Positions 1 through 13,892 of a stretch of 64,000 nt of DNA are shown one piece after another (within the stretch, counting starts at the first letter, position 1; each line of letters opens with the position of its first letter). The notes beneath the pieces are model-generated. The model did not search any database. It was not told the DNA's origin and saw nothing but the letters and a program-made list of their open reading frames with translations. The DNA lies in the NCBI RefSeq assembly GCF_001194135.2, contig NC_068990.1, forward strand, positions 62,839,879 to 62,903,878. Direction: 5' to 3'. The position numbers and the translations under genes were made by a program. This DNA comes from Octopus bimaculoides. Its lineage: Eukaryota.

Positions 1-19
1 ATATATATATATATATATA

Positions 20-350
20 AGTGATGTCACATGAAAACAATGGTTATGTTATATACTTCATTACCTAACAGCAGTTTCTGCTACAGGATGCAGTGGACTC
101 TTATTTCAGTGTCTGAATAACATCGTATAGCTCAATCGGAGCAATATACAGAGAACGTCTTCCCTGTATTTTTCAAAAATGTAACTTTTTTTTGTTTTCC
201 AAAATAAATTGCATTTCATATTCGAGGCTCCGATGAAGCTATAGGATGTTATTCAAGTACTCGACTAAGATCCGCTGCATCTCATAGGAGAAACTGTTGT
301 AAGCTAATGAAGTTCAATGACATAACCGTTGTTTTTCCTGTGTCACCACT
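20..350. mobile_element. Fold-back/MITE-like element with ~125-bp imperfect inverted arms
   Basis: 20-143 aligns by eye to the reverse complement of 225-350 (e.g. aaacaatggttatg/cataaccgttgttt; gaataacatcgtatagctc/gctataggatgttattc). It is preceded by (TA)n. Confidence 0.65.
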
Positions 351-465
351 TTTACTTATTACCGCTCTATAATCATTTAACGCTTTGCTCTGAAATATAC
401 ATATATTGAGTCCTACCCCAGGTTATTTAGTCTTGTCATGCCTAAGCGAGATATACATATCTCTT

Positions 466-812
466 TACTCTTACTCTTTTACTTGTTTCAGTCATTTGAC
501 TGCGGCCAGGCTGGAGCACCACCTTTTAGTCGAGCAAACCGACCCCAGGACTTATTCTTTGGAAGCTAAGTTACGGGGACATAAACACACCACCATCGGT
601 TGTCAAGCGATGCTGGGGGAACAAACACAGGCACAAACATATACACACATATGCATATATATATATAGATATATACGACGGGCTTCTTTCAGTTTCTGTC
701 TACCAAATCCACTCACAAGGCTTTGTTCGGCCCGAGGCTATAGTAGAAGACACTTGCCCAAGGTGCCACGCAGTGAGAATGAACCCGGAATCATGTGGTT
801 GGTAAGCATAGC
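466..812 (-). mobile_element. SINE family B (tRNA head, CORE-like caccttgggcaagtgtctt, internal TA/TG microsatellite)
   Basis: Reverse complement closely matches the copies at 51087-51520 and 60030-60390. Confidence 0.85.
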
Positions 813-2477
813 TGACCATCCTGTCGTTGCTGCTCAATTCTCACAATAGAATGCTTTGACGGTCTTTCGGAATAGCACGCCAACATAAGTTGGATTTCCT
901 CCGTTTTGGCGGGGATTTAGCTTCATTTTTCACTCCTCTTTCACAACTAATGGGGAAAATGTTTTCTTACAATAAGTTTTGAAAATTTATAATTTTTTTT
1001 TCACTAAATACCATTTTTGGCCAATGTTTTTTGCACTACGTACTTAAAAGCGATGGGAGAAGCCTTATCGGTTAAAAAACACATATTTAGAAATAAATGA
1101 TCATCATTAAAACCTACACTTCCTTTATTTTCAAAAGAAAATGAAGCGTAATTTAAAAACAACAGTGAAATGTTTTTAAATGTCATCATTATCCCCCACC
1201 CCACCTATAAATCCTGAATTCCTGCCTTTTTTCGAAATTCTTATTTTTTATAAATCACAGTTTTAAAATAAGGACAATCCGAATCTGCAATTTGTTTGAA
1301 AACAATTTTCAAACAAAAAAGTGCATGATTTAAGGGAGATTTACCTGTTGCTTATAGCACATTCTACGACCACCGGGTACCTTCCTCGTTTCTTCGTCAC
1401 TCTGACATGTATTGATGTTTTTCAATATTTTTCTCTCCACAAGCACATTTTTGGAATGGTGATGTGGAAGTAGCGATTCTGCTTAGCCCTTGCTGCGATT
1501 TAAACAAAAACAACGAAAAATTTGTAATTTAAAGTTTCTATATCCCACCTCGCACCAAGCGAGTTTGTGTGTATGTGTGTGTGGTGGGGAGCGGGGTAAG
1601 AAAAAACATATTTACTGACAGAAAAGTAAGCTGTTATAATCAATTATCTTTTACATAGCTTTTTTAGTCGACCTAATGAAATTCATTACACACACACACA
1701 CACTTAGCGTGAGCGATATACAGAAAGTGAGAGTATGGTAAATATGCATATAGAGAGGGCTAAGTTTACAATAAGAAAAGTGAAAAACAAAAGAGACGAA
1801 GTGAGAGACAGACAGACAGAGGGAGAGCGAGAAACAGAGAGAGGGATTCTGTTGCCGTCACAGATTTAGAAATTTGATATACTGATATACTTTTTCACGC
1901 TGAATCCGATTTGGGGATTCATTTACTCCACAAAAATTGTAGGAAAATGCTACAGTGCTGTTAAAGCCTGATCATGTTTATCCAATCAGAAAACAGAATT
2001 TGGAAGTTGGTATTGTGTGCGTTAAAGTTGTCATAAAATGAAAGTAAATATTACGAGACGAAGTTTTGACCACAATAAAAACAATAACTTAGGAAATTAT
2101 AGTTTTTAATTATTATTTACAGACAACCTTCATTTCGAGGCACAGATTTCGAAAATCAAATTCGTTTTTCTCAAGAACGCACTCTTTCAGAACTTTTCAT
2201 ACACTCTCATTAATATAGTAGATATATATACAAATATAAAAGTAGAGTGGCACTTCTTCAGACCTGCATCAAAAGTGCTATCTTACATTTTGCGTAAGCC
2301 AAGCGTCGTGTCACTCTAATGTTTAAAATCGCAAAAGGTTACGTAACTTTTCACATGGATCTTGTACGTGAATTGGCGGTGAAAACAGAGCTGATACAGA
2401 AACAGAAATACACAAAAATAACTCATTACTGATGCGATAAACTCTTTCTTTGTCTCTTTAGTTTGATGATGATGATG

Positions 2478-2523
<46 letters not shown>

Positions 2524-2711
2524 TACACATATGCCATACATACGTGCATGCATACTTACATACGTACATACATGATGATGGCCGTCCACTCGTGACCTAG
2601 GAAGACCATTGCCGACCTTCAGGAACATTGTGCGCTCTAGGACTAACTTATATTTTGCATTTGCGGTTCCGTTGGTGGCTAATGAGTTCTGCTCTTGAAA
2701 GCATACATGAC

Positions 2712-2800
2712 ATACGTACATACATACATACACACATACATACATACATACATACATACATACATACATACATACATACATACATACGTACGTACGTACA
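2712..2800. repeat. (TACA)n tetranucleotide microsatellite
   Basis: Directly visible. Confidence 0.95.
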
Positions 2801-3380
2801 TAGCCCTGGATCTATGTTAGAAACCAATTCTTTCTCTATTGGCAAGAAATCTTGAAATAAACTGAATAACGACATACATACATACATGATAAAATGTTAA
2901 CTCATCTCCACTTTACACAAGGTTTCAAGTTTCGTAGGCGCAGACGCGTGACTGCGTACTAAATTTGTAGAGTGCTATTTCCTTACGTTTTTTCGCTAAC
3001 TTTTAAACACACAGAGAAATACACACACATAGACACGCAGACACACACGCAAATAAAAAAAAAAAGATAGATAGAGAGGCAGAAAGACAATCAGACAAGA
3101 GAAATACATAAAACAAGAATAGAACATGAAGATATTGTTTATGCTTGGAAAAATAATAATTAACTTTCGTTTTTTCTGGAAGACATTTTGATATTTGATT
3201 CACATTTGTTATTAATTTATGTTTTCGGCAACAAGAAAAATACATAAAATTAGAATTCATCAGCCACGGTATAAGTTATCCATGTTACTTTGTATTTTCT
3301 CCCGCACAGGCACTGTGACATGGTGTCTTTTTCAATATATATGAAACTTAATTCTTCTTATGTCCATCCCACTTTCAACG

Positions 3381-3425
<45 letters not shown>

Positions 3426-3464
3426 AATATGAAATAGAAGCAGCGCTAGTGTAATAAAACTTAC

Positions 3465-3549
3465 CGACGACATATACTCAATGAACATAGTCCAAGTATT
3501 TGCCGATAAGCTGCGAATTGATGCGGTAGAGATCACTCTCTCAAAGCAC
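3465..3549 (-). CDS. Candidate internal exon (CFERVISTASIRSLSANTWTMFIEYMSS), weakly HAT/TPR-helix-like
   Basis: Acceptor ttgttcatgactctcAG, donor tcg|GTAAGT, only one open frame (phase 2 to 0). No partner exons established. Confidence 0.25.
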
Positions 3550-4101
3550 CTGAGAGTCATGAACAAGTGAAACAACTCACCCCAGATCCTATTCAGGAGT
3601 GATGGGCATCGATGTTTTGCCATGTTTGTGGCTTGTCAACATCACGTAAACGAACCTACTCGGAAGAGAAAGATCTATTGTTTTCATCCAAAAATGGAAA
3701 CGAGAACCAACGTCCCCATGCAGCAGACTTGATAATTGTTGGACAGATTTCTCACCACATAAAGCCATTGGTAGTCTCGTTTACCTAAAGATAAAGAACA
3801 TGCAACCATCAATGTGGTGTTGAGTACTCTTTCTCACTGTTCGACATTAGCGTCAAGGTAACTACACACGTGCTGTTCGCGATTTGTTTTCCTTCTTTAG
3901 ACCTTTCCCTTTCACCTTTTCGACGAAGAATATAATAGGAACCAAAAGGGAAAGATAAAACCATAACACTAATAGGGATAGGTATAAAGCAGAACCCACG
4001 AAACCACAGCCAAAGTTAGAAAGAAGCGCGCCGTTAAATATCGATAATAATAATGTTAACAAAGCAGTAGAAGACACTAACAAACTCAATAGATATATTA
4101 A

Positions 4102-4934
4102 AAAGAATGGGAAAATAACCGATGAAATTATTTGGTCTAACCCGATCTTCAATTCACGAGAGAAATCTAAATTAGGCGAGGAATTTTTTGCAGCATTAGA
4201 TAGACACTTCCCAAGATCTTCTAAGTCTCACAAAATCATCGACATAAGATAAAATTAGCATAAGCAACAATCTAGTGTACTACATACACAAACTAAATAA
4301 CAAAAAACTAAATAGAATAAAACTAGAGGGGAAATACGAACCAACCGCAGCTAATAACACTAAATATAACGATAGAATGGTGGAAAATAGGGGTAATGAA
4401 AACTCATCAATAGCAAAAACGGACCCAAACAATATCACGTAAGGAAAATGAGTGCTCGATTACAGAAGAAGCAAAAAGAGGACCACTAATAGTAACTCCA
4501 CGTAAAGAAAGGAAAAATACATATCAGGTGTAACTACAGACGTAAAGAGGAATTCAGATGTAATGATAAAGAATGTAGTGTACAAATGTGAGGTGATAAC
4601 AGATACGCAGAAATACGTGTAGATTGGTGTCACCGGAGGCACCAGGAAAAATCATTTGAGAAACCATCTTTCATCATTTTTTAATACAATTAAAAGACGC
4701 TCTACATATCTACCGAACCTCATCTGGAGACTAAAACAGAATGGAGTGAAACATACGACAAACTGGTCCATTATAAAAAATGAAGCGACATATAACGAAA
4801 TACCATGGTCATGCAACCTATGCCAAGAGGAAACCCTGGAAATAATCAAATTCGGGGAAAACGGGATAAATAGGCACTCTGAGATGATCATATCATGTAA
4901 ACATAGGAACAAAATATCATTCATAGAGTTTTAA
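4102..4934 (+). mobile_element. Penelope-like element remnant: post-RT region plus GIY-YIG endonuclease (pseudogenised)
   Basis: Translations IIWSNPIFN..KLGEEFFAALDRHFP..HKI, CNYRRKEE, NVVYKCEV..KYV*IGVTG and RNHLSSF..W.II..CNLCQEE..SCKHRNK match the PLE pattern IIWFNPP..HFP / CNCR / VVY..YIG / CNLC..E..CRH.NK. Confidence 0.85.
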
Positions 4935-5030
4935 AAAATATTTTGAAACGAAATAACACATTTTAAGAAAGCAAAGAAATAAACAAAGCAACTAATATTT
5001 GAGATGTTAAACACTATACCAACGAAAAGT

Positions 5031-5332
5031 GGAGATGCAATGGCCCAGTGGTTAGGGCAGCGGACTCGCGGTCGGAGGATCGCGGTTTCGATTCCCAGAC
5101 CGGGCGTTGTGTTTATTGAGCGAAAACACCTAAGCTCCATGAGGCTCCGGGAGGAGGGGTGGGTGGGGTGGCGACCCCTGTTGTACGCTTTCGCCCCAAC
5201 TTTCACTCTTTCTTCCAGTTTCTTGAGTAAAGCTGCGATGGACTTGCGTCCCGTCCAGCTGGGGGGAACACATACGCCATAGAAACCGGAAAACTGGGCC
5301 CATGAGCCTGGCTAGGCTTTGAAAGGGTGGAA
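5031..5332 (+). mobile_element. SINE family C (tRNA-derived head, A box tggcccagtgg, B box ggtttcgattccc)
   Basis: Pol III A and B boxes present; the head and body recur inverted at 43345-43508. Confidence 0.85.
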
Positions 5333-7988
5333 AAAAAAGAGATACCAACGAAAACAATGAAGAGGTCACCCATAAGAAAATAGCATTTATCAATTAAGTC
5401 AACAAACCCGACCGTATTGCTGCAGTACCTGACCAACTGTTGAGTTCAGAATTTATTGAAGATAGTTATGCCTTAAATGAAATCAAGCGAAAGAATGTAC
5501 TATCCATCCTTAACGTCTGCTGAATGAATAGCAAAATAAATCCAACACCACACACACACACCACCATTCCTCTATAACTACAATCCCTTCCTCTTTTCCC
5601 ACCACCTACTCCTTCCCCAACAAATATACACAAAAGTGCCCACGTAACTCGTTTGATCTTCATTCTGGTAAAAAGAGAGAAAACTTCCGTCTGTGGTTCA
5701 TCCACTAATGTTATACTGCCTGAAAAAATGAATCAATGATGATGATCAACCGGAATACGGACTGTGATCTTAAAACTCATATGATTTGTGGAAACGCGCG
5801 TAGCGGTGCATTAAATGTTTATAAATTCCATCCTAAGATTATTGTTAATATTACACACACACACACACACATATATATATATCATCAGAAAACCGTTGAA
5901 CAGAAAGATATCCGAAAGAAAAACGAAATGATATGCCACATATTCACTAAAAACAAGTAGCAATCAAGAAGAAGTAAAGAAAATATTGAACAATTGCATC
6001 GCTCTATATCCTGGAATGCGAGTTACTGTATCTAGAAAGATTATCAAATTCTTTACCTCTGAAATTTGAACTCAGAATGCAAAGAGACGTAAAAAAACAT
6101 TTAATTCGTCCCTTAATAGTATCCACTGTTCGCTGTTTGTCCCAAATGGAATATTGATTTCTAACGTTGGTACAAACCGAAGTAAAGACGTTAGAATAAT
6201 TCGAATACATTTGTTTGCATTTACCAAAATAACTCACAATATAAAAAGCCAAACTTAATGCCGTAAAGCTTTATGCGCAATGTATCGATCCTTCAGTAGT
6301 GGTCTCTAGAATGTCGGTATGAGGAGATGACGTCATTCATCCTCTTTTTCAGCCTAGCCTCTTTATATGTGTCATGACGGACCGCTGTGTAGGTGAATGA
6401 TGTAGTATACCAATACCGAAATATTGCCCGCAATGTTAAACAATTCAACTACTCCAGCACCTAGAGAAGGATGGAAATTTAATTTGAACTCAGAACGGAA
6501 GGACTTGAAACAAATACTGGAAGATATGTTAATGAGTCTGCTATTCAACTGCTTTCACTGTCTTTTTCTCAAAATACATGCCATATATTAAAGTAAAATA
6601 GGAAAAAAGTGGCGCATCATAGTGTTGCACAGATATCAGGGATTACACAGCAGGGAGAGTAACATTATATTCTAATATTTCTTACATTATGTCTTCCTTG
6701 AGTTGCCAGACAACAAAGAAATAAACGCAGAAGATTAGTTCTGTAAAACTGGAATTTGTAAAGATGAAAACTAACAATGTAGATACAAATACATCTAGAA
6801 ACAACATAGAAATGAAAAAGGTGAAGTAAAGTGTAAAACCAACAAAATGGCGAACTACAAAGCCACCCCAGCTATCAGAAATAGAACAAAACGAGAAAAT
6901 ATGACAAAATTCGTCTACAGTAAGTACCGGGTAGATGCTGCTAGTTTACTGTAAAACTCTTGTGAACAAATGGCTGGTTTAGCAAAACTATTCAACTGAA
7001 CGTCTCGACGAATCTTTAGAATCATAAACTTATTTTGTATTCGATTTGAAGAAGTTAATCTCTTAATGTAACCATTATTGAGTTTAGTTGCCTTTAAGTT
7101 GTGAACTATTGAGTGAACTAGCAAGAATTAACGTTACTGCTTTTGCTCGTCTTTTTAAATTCTATGAAAGAAATCGAGTTGTCTATTACATCAGTCTTAA
7201 TAATTTTGCAAAGACTATTTCTCGTTACTTGATCCCGAAACCAATGATTTGATAAAGTCTAATAGCTATTTGAAAATCCGGAAATAAATCATAATAGATT
7301 TAATTGTTACGGCGGTACCTGCTATAGAGTATAAATCAGCATGTCTGCTGTCAGATGAGACCTCTGATACATTGAACAACGGCTTCCAGCCTAAAAAATT
7401 GATTTGTCTCAGTGAATAAACAAGTGATATAACTGGATTACTTTGGGTGAGTCCATGTATTGTTTCGATAGAAGTCAGTGAAGTTTTCTGTTACTTTTCG
7501 TACCAATTCAATGGTCATAGAAGTATATCCTTTGTATTAGGAAACACTGACTGCTGCCAATAATTGATTTAATATGCTTAAGCAATGTTCTGTTTAATGT
7601 TTATATTTAAGGGAACTCTCTTTAACCCATTGCTGATCGTTAGTACTTACACTCATATAATCAATAAAGGTAAGACTTTCGGTTCGTTTTCTCAAAATTG
7701 GTCAAATTAATTAAATAAAATTTTTCCTGATAAAACTAAATCTTTTTAACTACACTGAAATTCTATTCTTTATTCGAACCCATATCGTAATCCAAAGTTT
7801 ATTTAACCCATATTATGAAATAAAAGAAAGGTTATCTAACTGGCTTAAACACCAAAAATAGCTTTGTACTTTTATGAGTTAAAGGTCAACTTTTCTCCCT
7901 CCCGCTTNNNNNNNNNNATTACAGGTAAAAAACTCAATTAAAATCAATTTATAAAAAATTAAAATTAAATTGAGCCTTATAGATAAAG

Positions 7989-8322
7989 TATATATAAAAT
8001 ATATAGTTTTAGGGAAAATAACCAATTTTCAAGAACTCATCGATGAAAATCCACTATCACATATAGAAAAATTAATAATTAATGTATGCATATAAACATG
8101 TGTGTGTGTGTGTGTATGTAAACATTTCTACTTTAGCTAGTGTCTATTACTAACTGGAACTTATTTGGATAATAATATTCCGACTAACTTTATATTATAC
8201 TAATTTATTGTGCTTTTAATTATTAATTTTTCTATATGTGATAGTGGATTTTCATCGATGAGTTCTTNNNNNNNNNNTTTCATCGATGAGTTCTTGAAAC
8301 TTGGTTATTTTCCCTAAAACTA

Positions 8323-8337
<15 letters not shown>
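7989..8337. mobile_element. MITE with ~95-bp terminal inverted repeats, TA-flanked
   Basis: 7989-8082 is near-perfectly inverted at 8216-8337. The right arm is split by a 10-N gap with a duplicated overlap. Confidence 0.7.
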
Positions 8338-8353
<16 letters not shown>

Positions 8354-9467
8354 AACTTTAGGAGAACAAACAATTGAATATAGGGAACCGATTCAATTGG
8401 CATATGTCACTCTTTTGCATATTTGTGACTTCGTGACATCAGTATTTTTTATTGCATTTAATTTGTAAAGTTCAAAAAGGCCTGAACATTCAAAAATCTA
8501 CTTTCACCACTTAAAATCTTTAACGTGTTGTTTTTACATCTATTTACATTTGTGCAGCAATGTATGAATGGCTTTTTAAAAACATACAAGTAAAATTCAT
8601 ATTTTAATCAAAATCTCGCTTGGTAGTTTTTTCTATTTCTCTTAGTTTGGAAGTTCAATATGTACAGTTTTATATGTATATTCTACTATTCTGTACTGAT
8701 TAGACAGAAAACATATAAAACATTTAGTATGCAAGGTATGTTGCCCTAAACAATACCTGGACAACTGTCAGCTGTCCTACACTAAATTTTGATTAATATA
8801 TTATAACTTAAACGTTGCACATTTTTCTAGTCTCTTTAACAATTCCCCTCTCAGAAAGACCTAGCACCTGTGCTTCATCTTATTAAAAGATGGGTTGAGC
8901 TAAATTCATTGTTCTTGATAGCATGAATACGATAAGAATTTTTATATTTACATTTCATCAAAGTGATTGTAGTACATGTGTATTTTCACACAACCAATTT
9001 GATGGGTTCATCCAGCTGTTTGGCAAGGATTTGAGTCAGTTCCTACCAAATGTTATATATTCACTGTCGTAAAACTTACGCTAAGGTTTGGAGTGATAAA
9101 TGTGCTATAGAAAATACTGAAGGGTCATAATTGAAAAGCCTTCAAATACTAAATTATCTAGTTACATCACAGACAAGACAAAAAAAAAAGCAAAAATAAA
9201 AAAGAATGGATGCTAAGAGTTCTGAGCAAGGGAATATATTCATTACACCTCAAGTAACATCGTTTCTAAAAACAATGCCTGAAGTTTGAGGATGTGGACA
9301 GTGAATTGAATCGACATTGGTACTTCACTATTTTCATATTCTATTGACATCAACAGGCTGTTATACAAAGTTGATCTCTGCTGGTTCCCTGACCTTAAAC
9401 AATTCTGCCAATCCACCGCTAATTTTAACTCCCAAATAATATAAAACAAACTTGCTCGATCTTGGCT

Positions 9468-9517
<50 letters not shown>

Positions 9518-9943
9518 TTCAAATTACGACAAACGTAAATAAACAAACGAAGTTTGCTTTTAGAAGCGTTGAGATGTCGTAGAAAGTTAAAGAAGTGATT
9601 TTAAATTCTCAGTCGCAGAATAATGCTAATAATATAGCCTGAACAGGATAAACTACCCCTATTTTGCAGAATATATATGTATATATTATTTGTATAATAT
9701 ATATATCAAGTATAGTATATATATCAATGCCGTCACTTACAATTAATTAATTAAAAATAAAGCTATTCTTAGATGGCAGACTCGCTAATAATGCATGCCA
9801 TAGTTGTTTTTTTTCTCAGAAACTATTTTATTGAATACAAAATTTAAGAAAATGGCATTTTAAAGAATATCAGTAACAACTCAAATTCCCTCAGACAAAA
9901 CAACCTTTTCCAAAACTCTAAGACATGTGCAGATAATATGTAT

Positions 9944-9944
<1 letters not shown>

Positions 9945-9983
<39 letters not shown>
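9945..9983. repeat. (TG)n microsatellite
   Basis: Directly visible. Confidence 0.95.
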
Positions 9984-9987
<4 letters not shown>

Positions 9988-11164
9988 GAAAACATTCTTG
10001 CAACGGATTCAGGAAATATCACAGACAAAACTATTCACAACTAAACTTCTTATGATTTACCAAAGCTGCTAGATACAGCTTCTCTATAATAATTAGTTGT
10101 GTCACCTGTCTCTATAAGTAGGAATCCAAATCCTCAGAACGCTTGCACATTCTAAAAAGTCGTATATCTTCTAAAATATGTGAAACTTGAGAGATATCCA
10201 ACTATTCAGTAATACTAAAGCTATAGTGTTTAGTGCATCAATAATGAGCTATGAAACCATAAACCCGTTCCATTTAATTAACCTAAAGTACATGTCACAT
10301 CTTTGTAAGTATAAGTGTGCGTGTGGTTGTGTATGAATGCAAGTAAGAATGAATTTGAAAGTTATCCCAAACTAATAAAACATTTCGGAAGAAAGGAGGT
10401 TTGTGAGTGAAACGAAATATGTGACTGCAGTTTCGAAGGACCCCTATACATTAGGGATACAATACCAAAAGGTAAGCAAAATTAAAAGATTAATAGATGA
10501 AACGACAACTGAATCAATCTTGTTTTCTTTTTTTCAATAGGCTAAAGATTAAAAAGATAAAAAGTGAGTTAAGATCAAAAGCTATAACAATAGACTTAGT
10601 CAATGAATATTTTATGAATTTCGTTTTCAATATCTAACGGCAGAGCATGGAAGCTAAAGTTCAGCCATATTTTCATGTATAGGTGCAGTAAGAAACATGA
10701 AATAATGTGTATAAAAAATAGTTGGAAGCATTAAGATAAGTTAAAAAAAGAACATCAATCAAAACTGGAAACACAATTGAAAATTCTACGTATTTATTAT
10801 GGAATATTGGTAGATATTAAATTAATGAATTACCCGTATAATACTTGTACGTAGAGCAAGAACAAAAATGAAAGGAAATGGGACAAATCTAGTGTATTAA
10901 CATTACAATAATGTCTTTAAGAAACAAATTATTGGGTTAGATTTACTTTTATGTATATATTTTATTTTTCTTACTGGAATAATCATTTTCCAAAATTTGC
11001 GTGGATTGTAACTAGCCATCTCCCCGTCGTCTCTCTCTATACAATATTATGCACAATATGTAGCAAGTCAGATAACCTGTACGGTCGATGGCACACACTT
11101 CGTTCCAAATATTTGACATTTTTTTCTTAGAAAAACGTTTAGTACCAAATTACCCAATTAAATA

Positions 11165-11363
11165 TTGATTTCAAATTTTGGCACAAGGCCAGCAATTACG
11201 TTGGAGGAAGTAAATCGATTACATGGACCTCAGTGTTAAATTTTATTGACCCCGAAAGGTTGAAAGGCAAGGTTGACCTCGGCGGAATTTGAACTCAGAA
11301 CGTAAAGACGGAAGAAATGCTACTAAGCATTTATCCCGGTGTGCTAACGATTCTGCCAGCTCA
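11165..11363 (-). mobile_element. SINE family A (tRNA-derived; core gagttcaaattccgccgaggtcgactttgcctttcatcctttcggggtcgataaa)
   Basis: Full head-to-tail match to the other family A copies in the window. Confidence 0.9.
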
Positions 11364-12291
11364 GACTTGACGTCATTAAATATTAATAGAAAATTTGTAT
11401 AATTTTTAGAGTTGACTTTTTTTGGTGGGCTGGGTAGGGGCTATGTCTGGCTGTTTTAAATTTCTCTCTGCGGTGGAACCCAAGGAAATTTTGTATGTAT
11501 TATCTGATTATGTCTATAAAAACTTTACAAAACATATTTTAACCAACAATGCAATGTAAATACCGAAAGTATGCAAGAACTCCATTATCTACGATGTTAC
11601 ACCTTTCACTGTTTTGTTTCCCCTAACTACTGTCACCACTACTGCTTTATTTGTACTGCTATTTCAAAAGCTGTCGTTTGTGGTGATATTGTTAGAATCA
11701 TTCTGCTTTTACTATAAACGCTCTCAGCCTACAACTGCTAATAGTTGCTATTAATTTAGGCACAAGAACAAAGGTTTTAAGGAAGGTGAAGTTGACATAG
11801 TAGACCCAAGTAAATAACTCGAAGCACAGAAGTTAATACCATCTAGTGGCATTTGAAATCAAAACGTAAAAAGACCTAACTAAATACCGCAACATATTTG
11901 GTCAGCCGTACTGTAACTTACTGCCCTCCTACTGCTAATAAGAATAATGGTTTGTATGATAATACAATTATTTCTGATCTTGATGTGCAGCATATATCAT
12001 ATTTTTCTTCACATTCATTTACACGCGGACATCAGCATACTTTTACAGATTTTCTTTGCCACCGTCTCTTTATCTGAAGAAAGTGTGTGAGTACTTACAT
12101 ACACACTCACAGATATATATATATATATATATATATANNNNNNNNNNNNNNNNNNNNNNNNNNNNNNNNNNNNNNNNNNNNNNNNNNNNNNNNNNNNNNN
12201 NNNNNNNNNNNNNNNNNNNNNNNNNNNNNNNNNNNNNNNNNNNNNNNNNNNNNNNNNNNNNNNNNNNNNNNNNNNNNNNNNNNNNNTATAT

Positions 12292-12343
<52 letters not shown>

Positions 12344-12797
12344 ACACATACACACACACAATCCTATATACACCAACGGATAAGAAAATGCTTTGATCTG
12401 GTGGCCTGAGTCTGTAATGGCCAACAAGACAAGAAATAAAGAAAGGGAAAAAGAAATATGACAAGACCATGGAGGATAAAATGGCTGGAAAGTCTAGTGG
12501 AAGTGTCCATCTAAAGTAGATCAACTTTGCTCATTAAATTGTCGTAGTTTGCTTTGTTCGAAGTTAAGTCGACATTCACAATCTGTCATTACGGCACATA
12601 CGCGTGCAAGCCCACATATATACACGCAGACACGCACACACTTACACACAACATATATACATACACGTGTGTGTCTGCTTGTGCGTGCCTGTGTGTGTGT
12701 GTACATAGGTAGAATTAGATATTGGTTATAGAAATGTCGACAGTAACTTCGAAATTTTGCTGGTGATGCCTTATTCAAATAGTAAACTAAAAAGTAG

Positions 12798-12845
<48 letters not shown>

Positions 12846-12944
12846 AAGCTAAAGCAGCTGGTTTTAAAATCTGAAAGATTCACATATTAACCGTACTAAA
12901 CAGTAACGTCAGTTACCACATTTACGTGGCTGTTCTGATATATT

Positions 12945-13725
12945 ATCTTAGTTCCCCCTGTTCCTAACGGACGCTGGGCGACGAGTTGCCTCCACCGAGT
13001 GTGATCTGCTGTAGCCGTTTTTGCATCAGTCCAGGTCATTTGCAGTTCCCGTAAGTTCTCGCGAAGAGTACGGAGTATTGCACCAGTTTTCGAAGATGTC
13101 GGACAAGTTGTCCATCGCTCACCGCTGCATGATCTTCCAAGTTTAACACGAATGCGTCGCCTATGGAAGACGTCGAATTTGTTGACGATGTCAGCTGTGC
13201 TTTTCCACGTCTCGCATGTATAGATAGCAGAAGGCTCTACAATCGACATGTAAAGATGGAACTTTACATCTTTGGTGGTGGAATTTTTGGACCATACAAA
13301 GTCGTCTGAATACATCTTAAGATTGTCCAATATGGGTTTGTACATCAACTTTCGCATCACCATAATTGCGGATGATGCTTCCTAGATATTTGAAATTTAC
13401 TTCGCTCTTCAGACTGTTGTTTCCAACTGTTACTGAAGGGTTTATTGGCGTACCAGTGGTCATTGTCTTTGTTTTCTCACAGCTTATGCCCAGGCCCGCC
13501 TTAACTGCATTGCTGTTGATGTTATTATTTAGTTGTTGCAATCCTTCAGGCGTGTGACTAACAACCGCTACATCTTCTGCGTAACCCAAGTTACATAACC
13601 TCCCTTCACGCCAACTAATCTCTGCCTGTAGGTTGTTCACTGCCTTCTTTATGACAAGATCGATAACATTGGAAGATATCGAGGGCCGGATAGAAATGTT
13701 AAAAATGTGATGGATCAAAGATAGG
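12945..13725 (-). mobile_element. RTE-clade LINE 3' fragment (RT C-terminal part and post-RT region)
   Basis: LCNLGYAEDV (~LDYADD), KTKTM, FKYLGS and LY.SIVEPSAIYTCETW..FHRRRIR are typical of RTE ORF2; frameshifted. Confidence 0.88.
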
Positions 13726-13765
13726 GCAGAGATGAAAAATTTAATATTTTATAATACTTCGAGGT

Positions 13766-13892
13766 AGGTTGGCGAGCTGGCAGAATTGTTATCACGAGGC
13801 ATTTCGTCTAACTTTAACTTCAAAGTTCAAATTCCGCCGAGATCGACTTCGTGTTTCACCTTTCCAAGGTAGATAAAACAAGTCCTAGTTGT
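13766..13892 (+). mobile_element. SINE family A, diverged or partial
   Basis: ggcgagctggcagaa head and gttcaaattccgccgagatcgac core. Confidence 0.75.

Noticed and set aside
406-849. 147-aa ORF, with similar peptides at 51008-51343
   Set aside because: Antisense reading of SINE family B.
5031-5105. tRNA-like sequence with A and B boxes
   Set aside because: It continues into SINE body and tail and does not give a convincing cloverleaf; it is a SINE head, not a tRNA gene. The same applies to the other heads.
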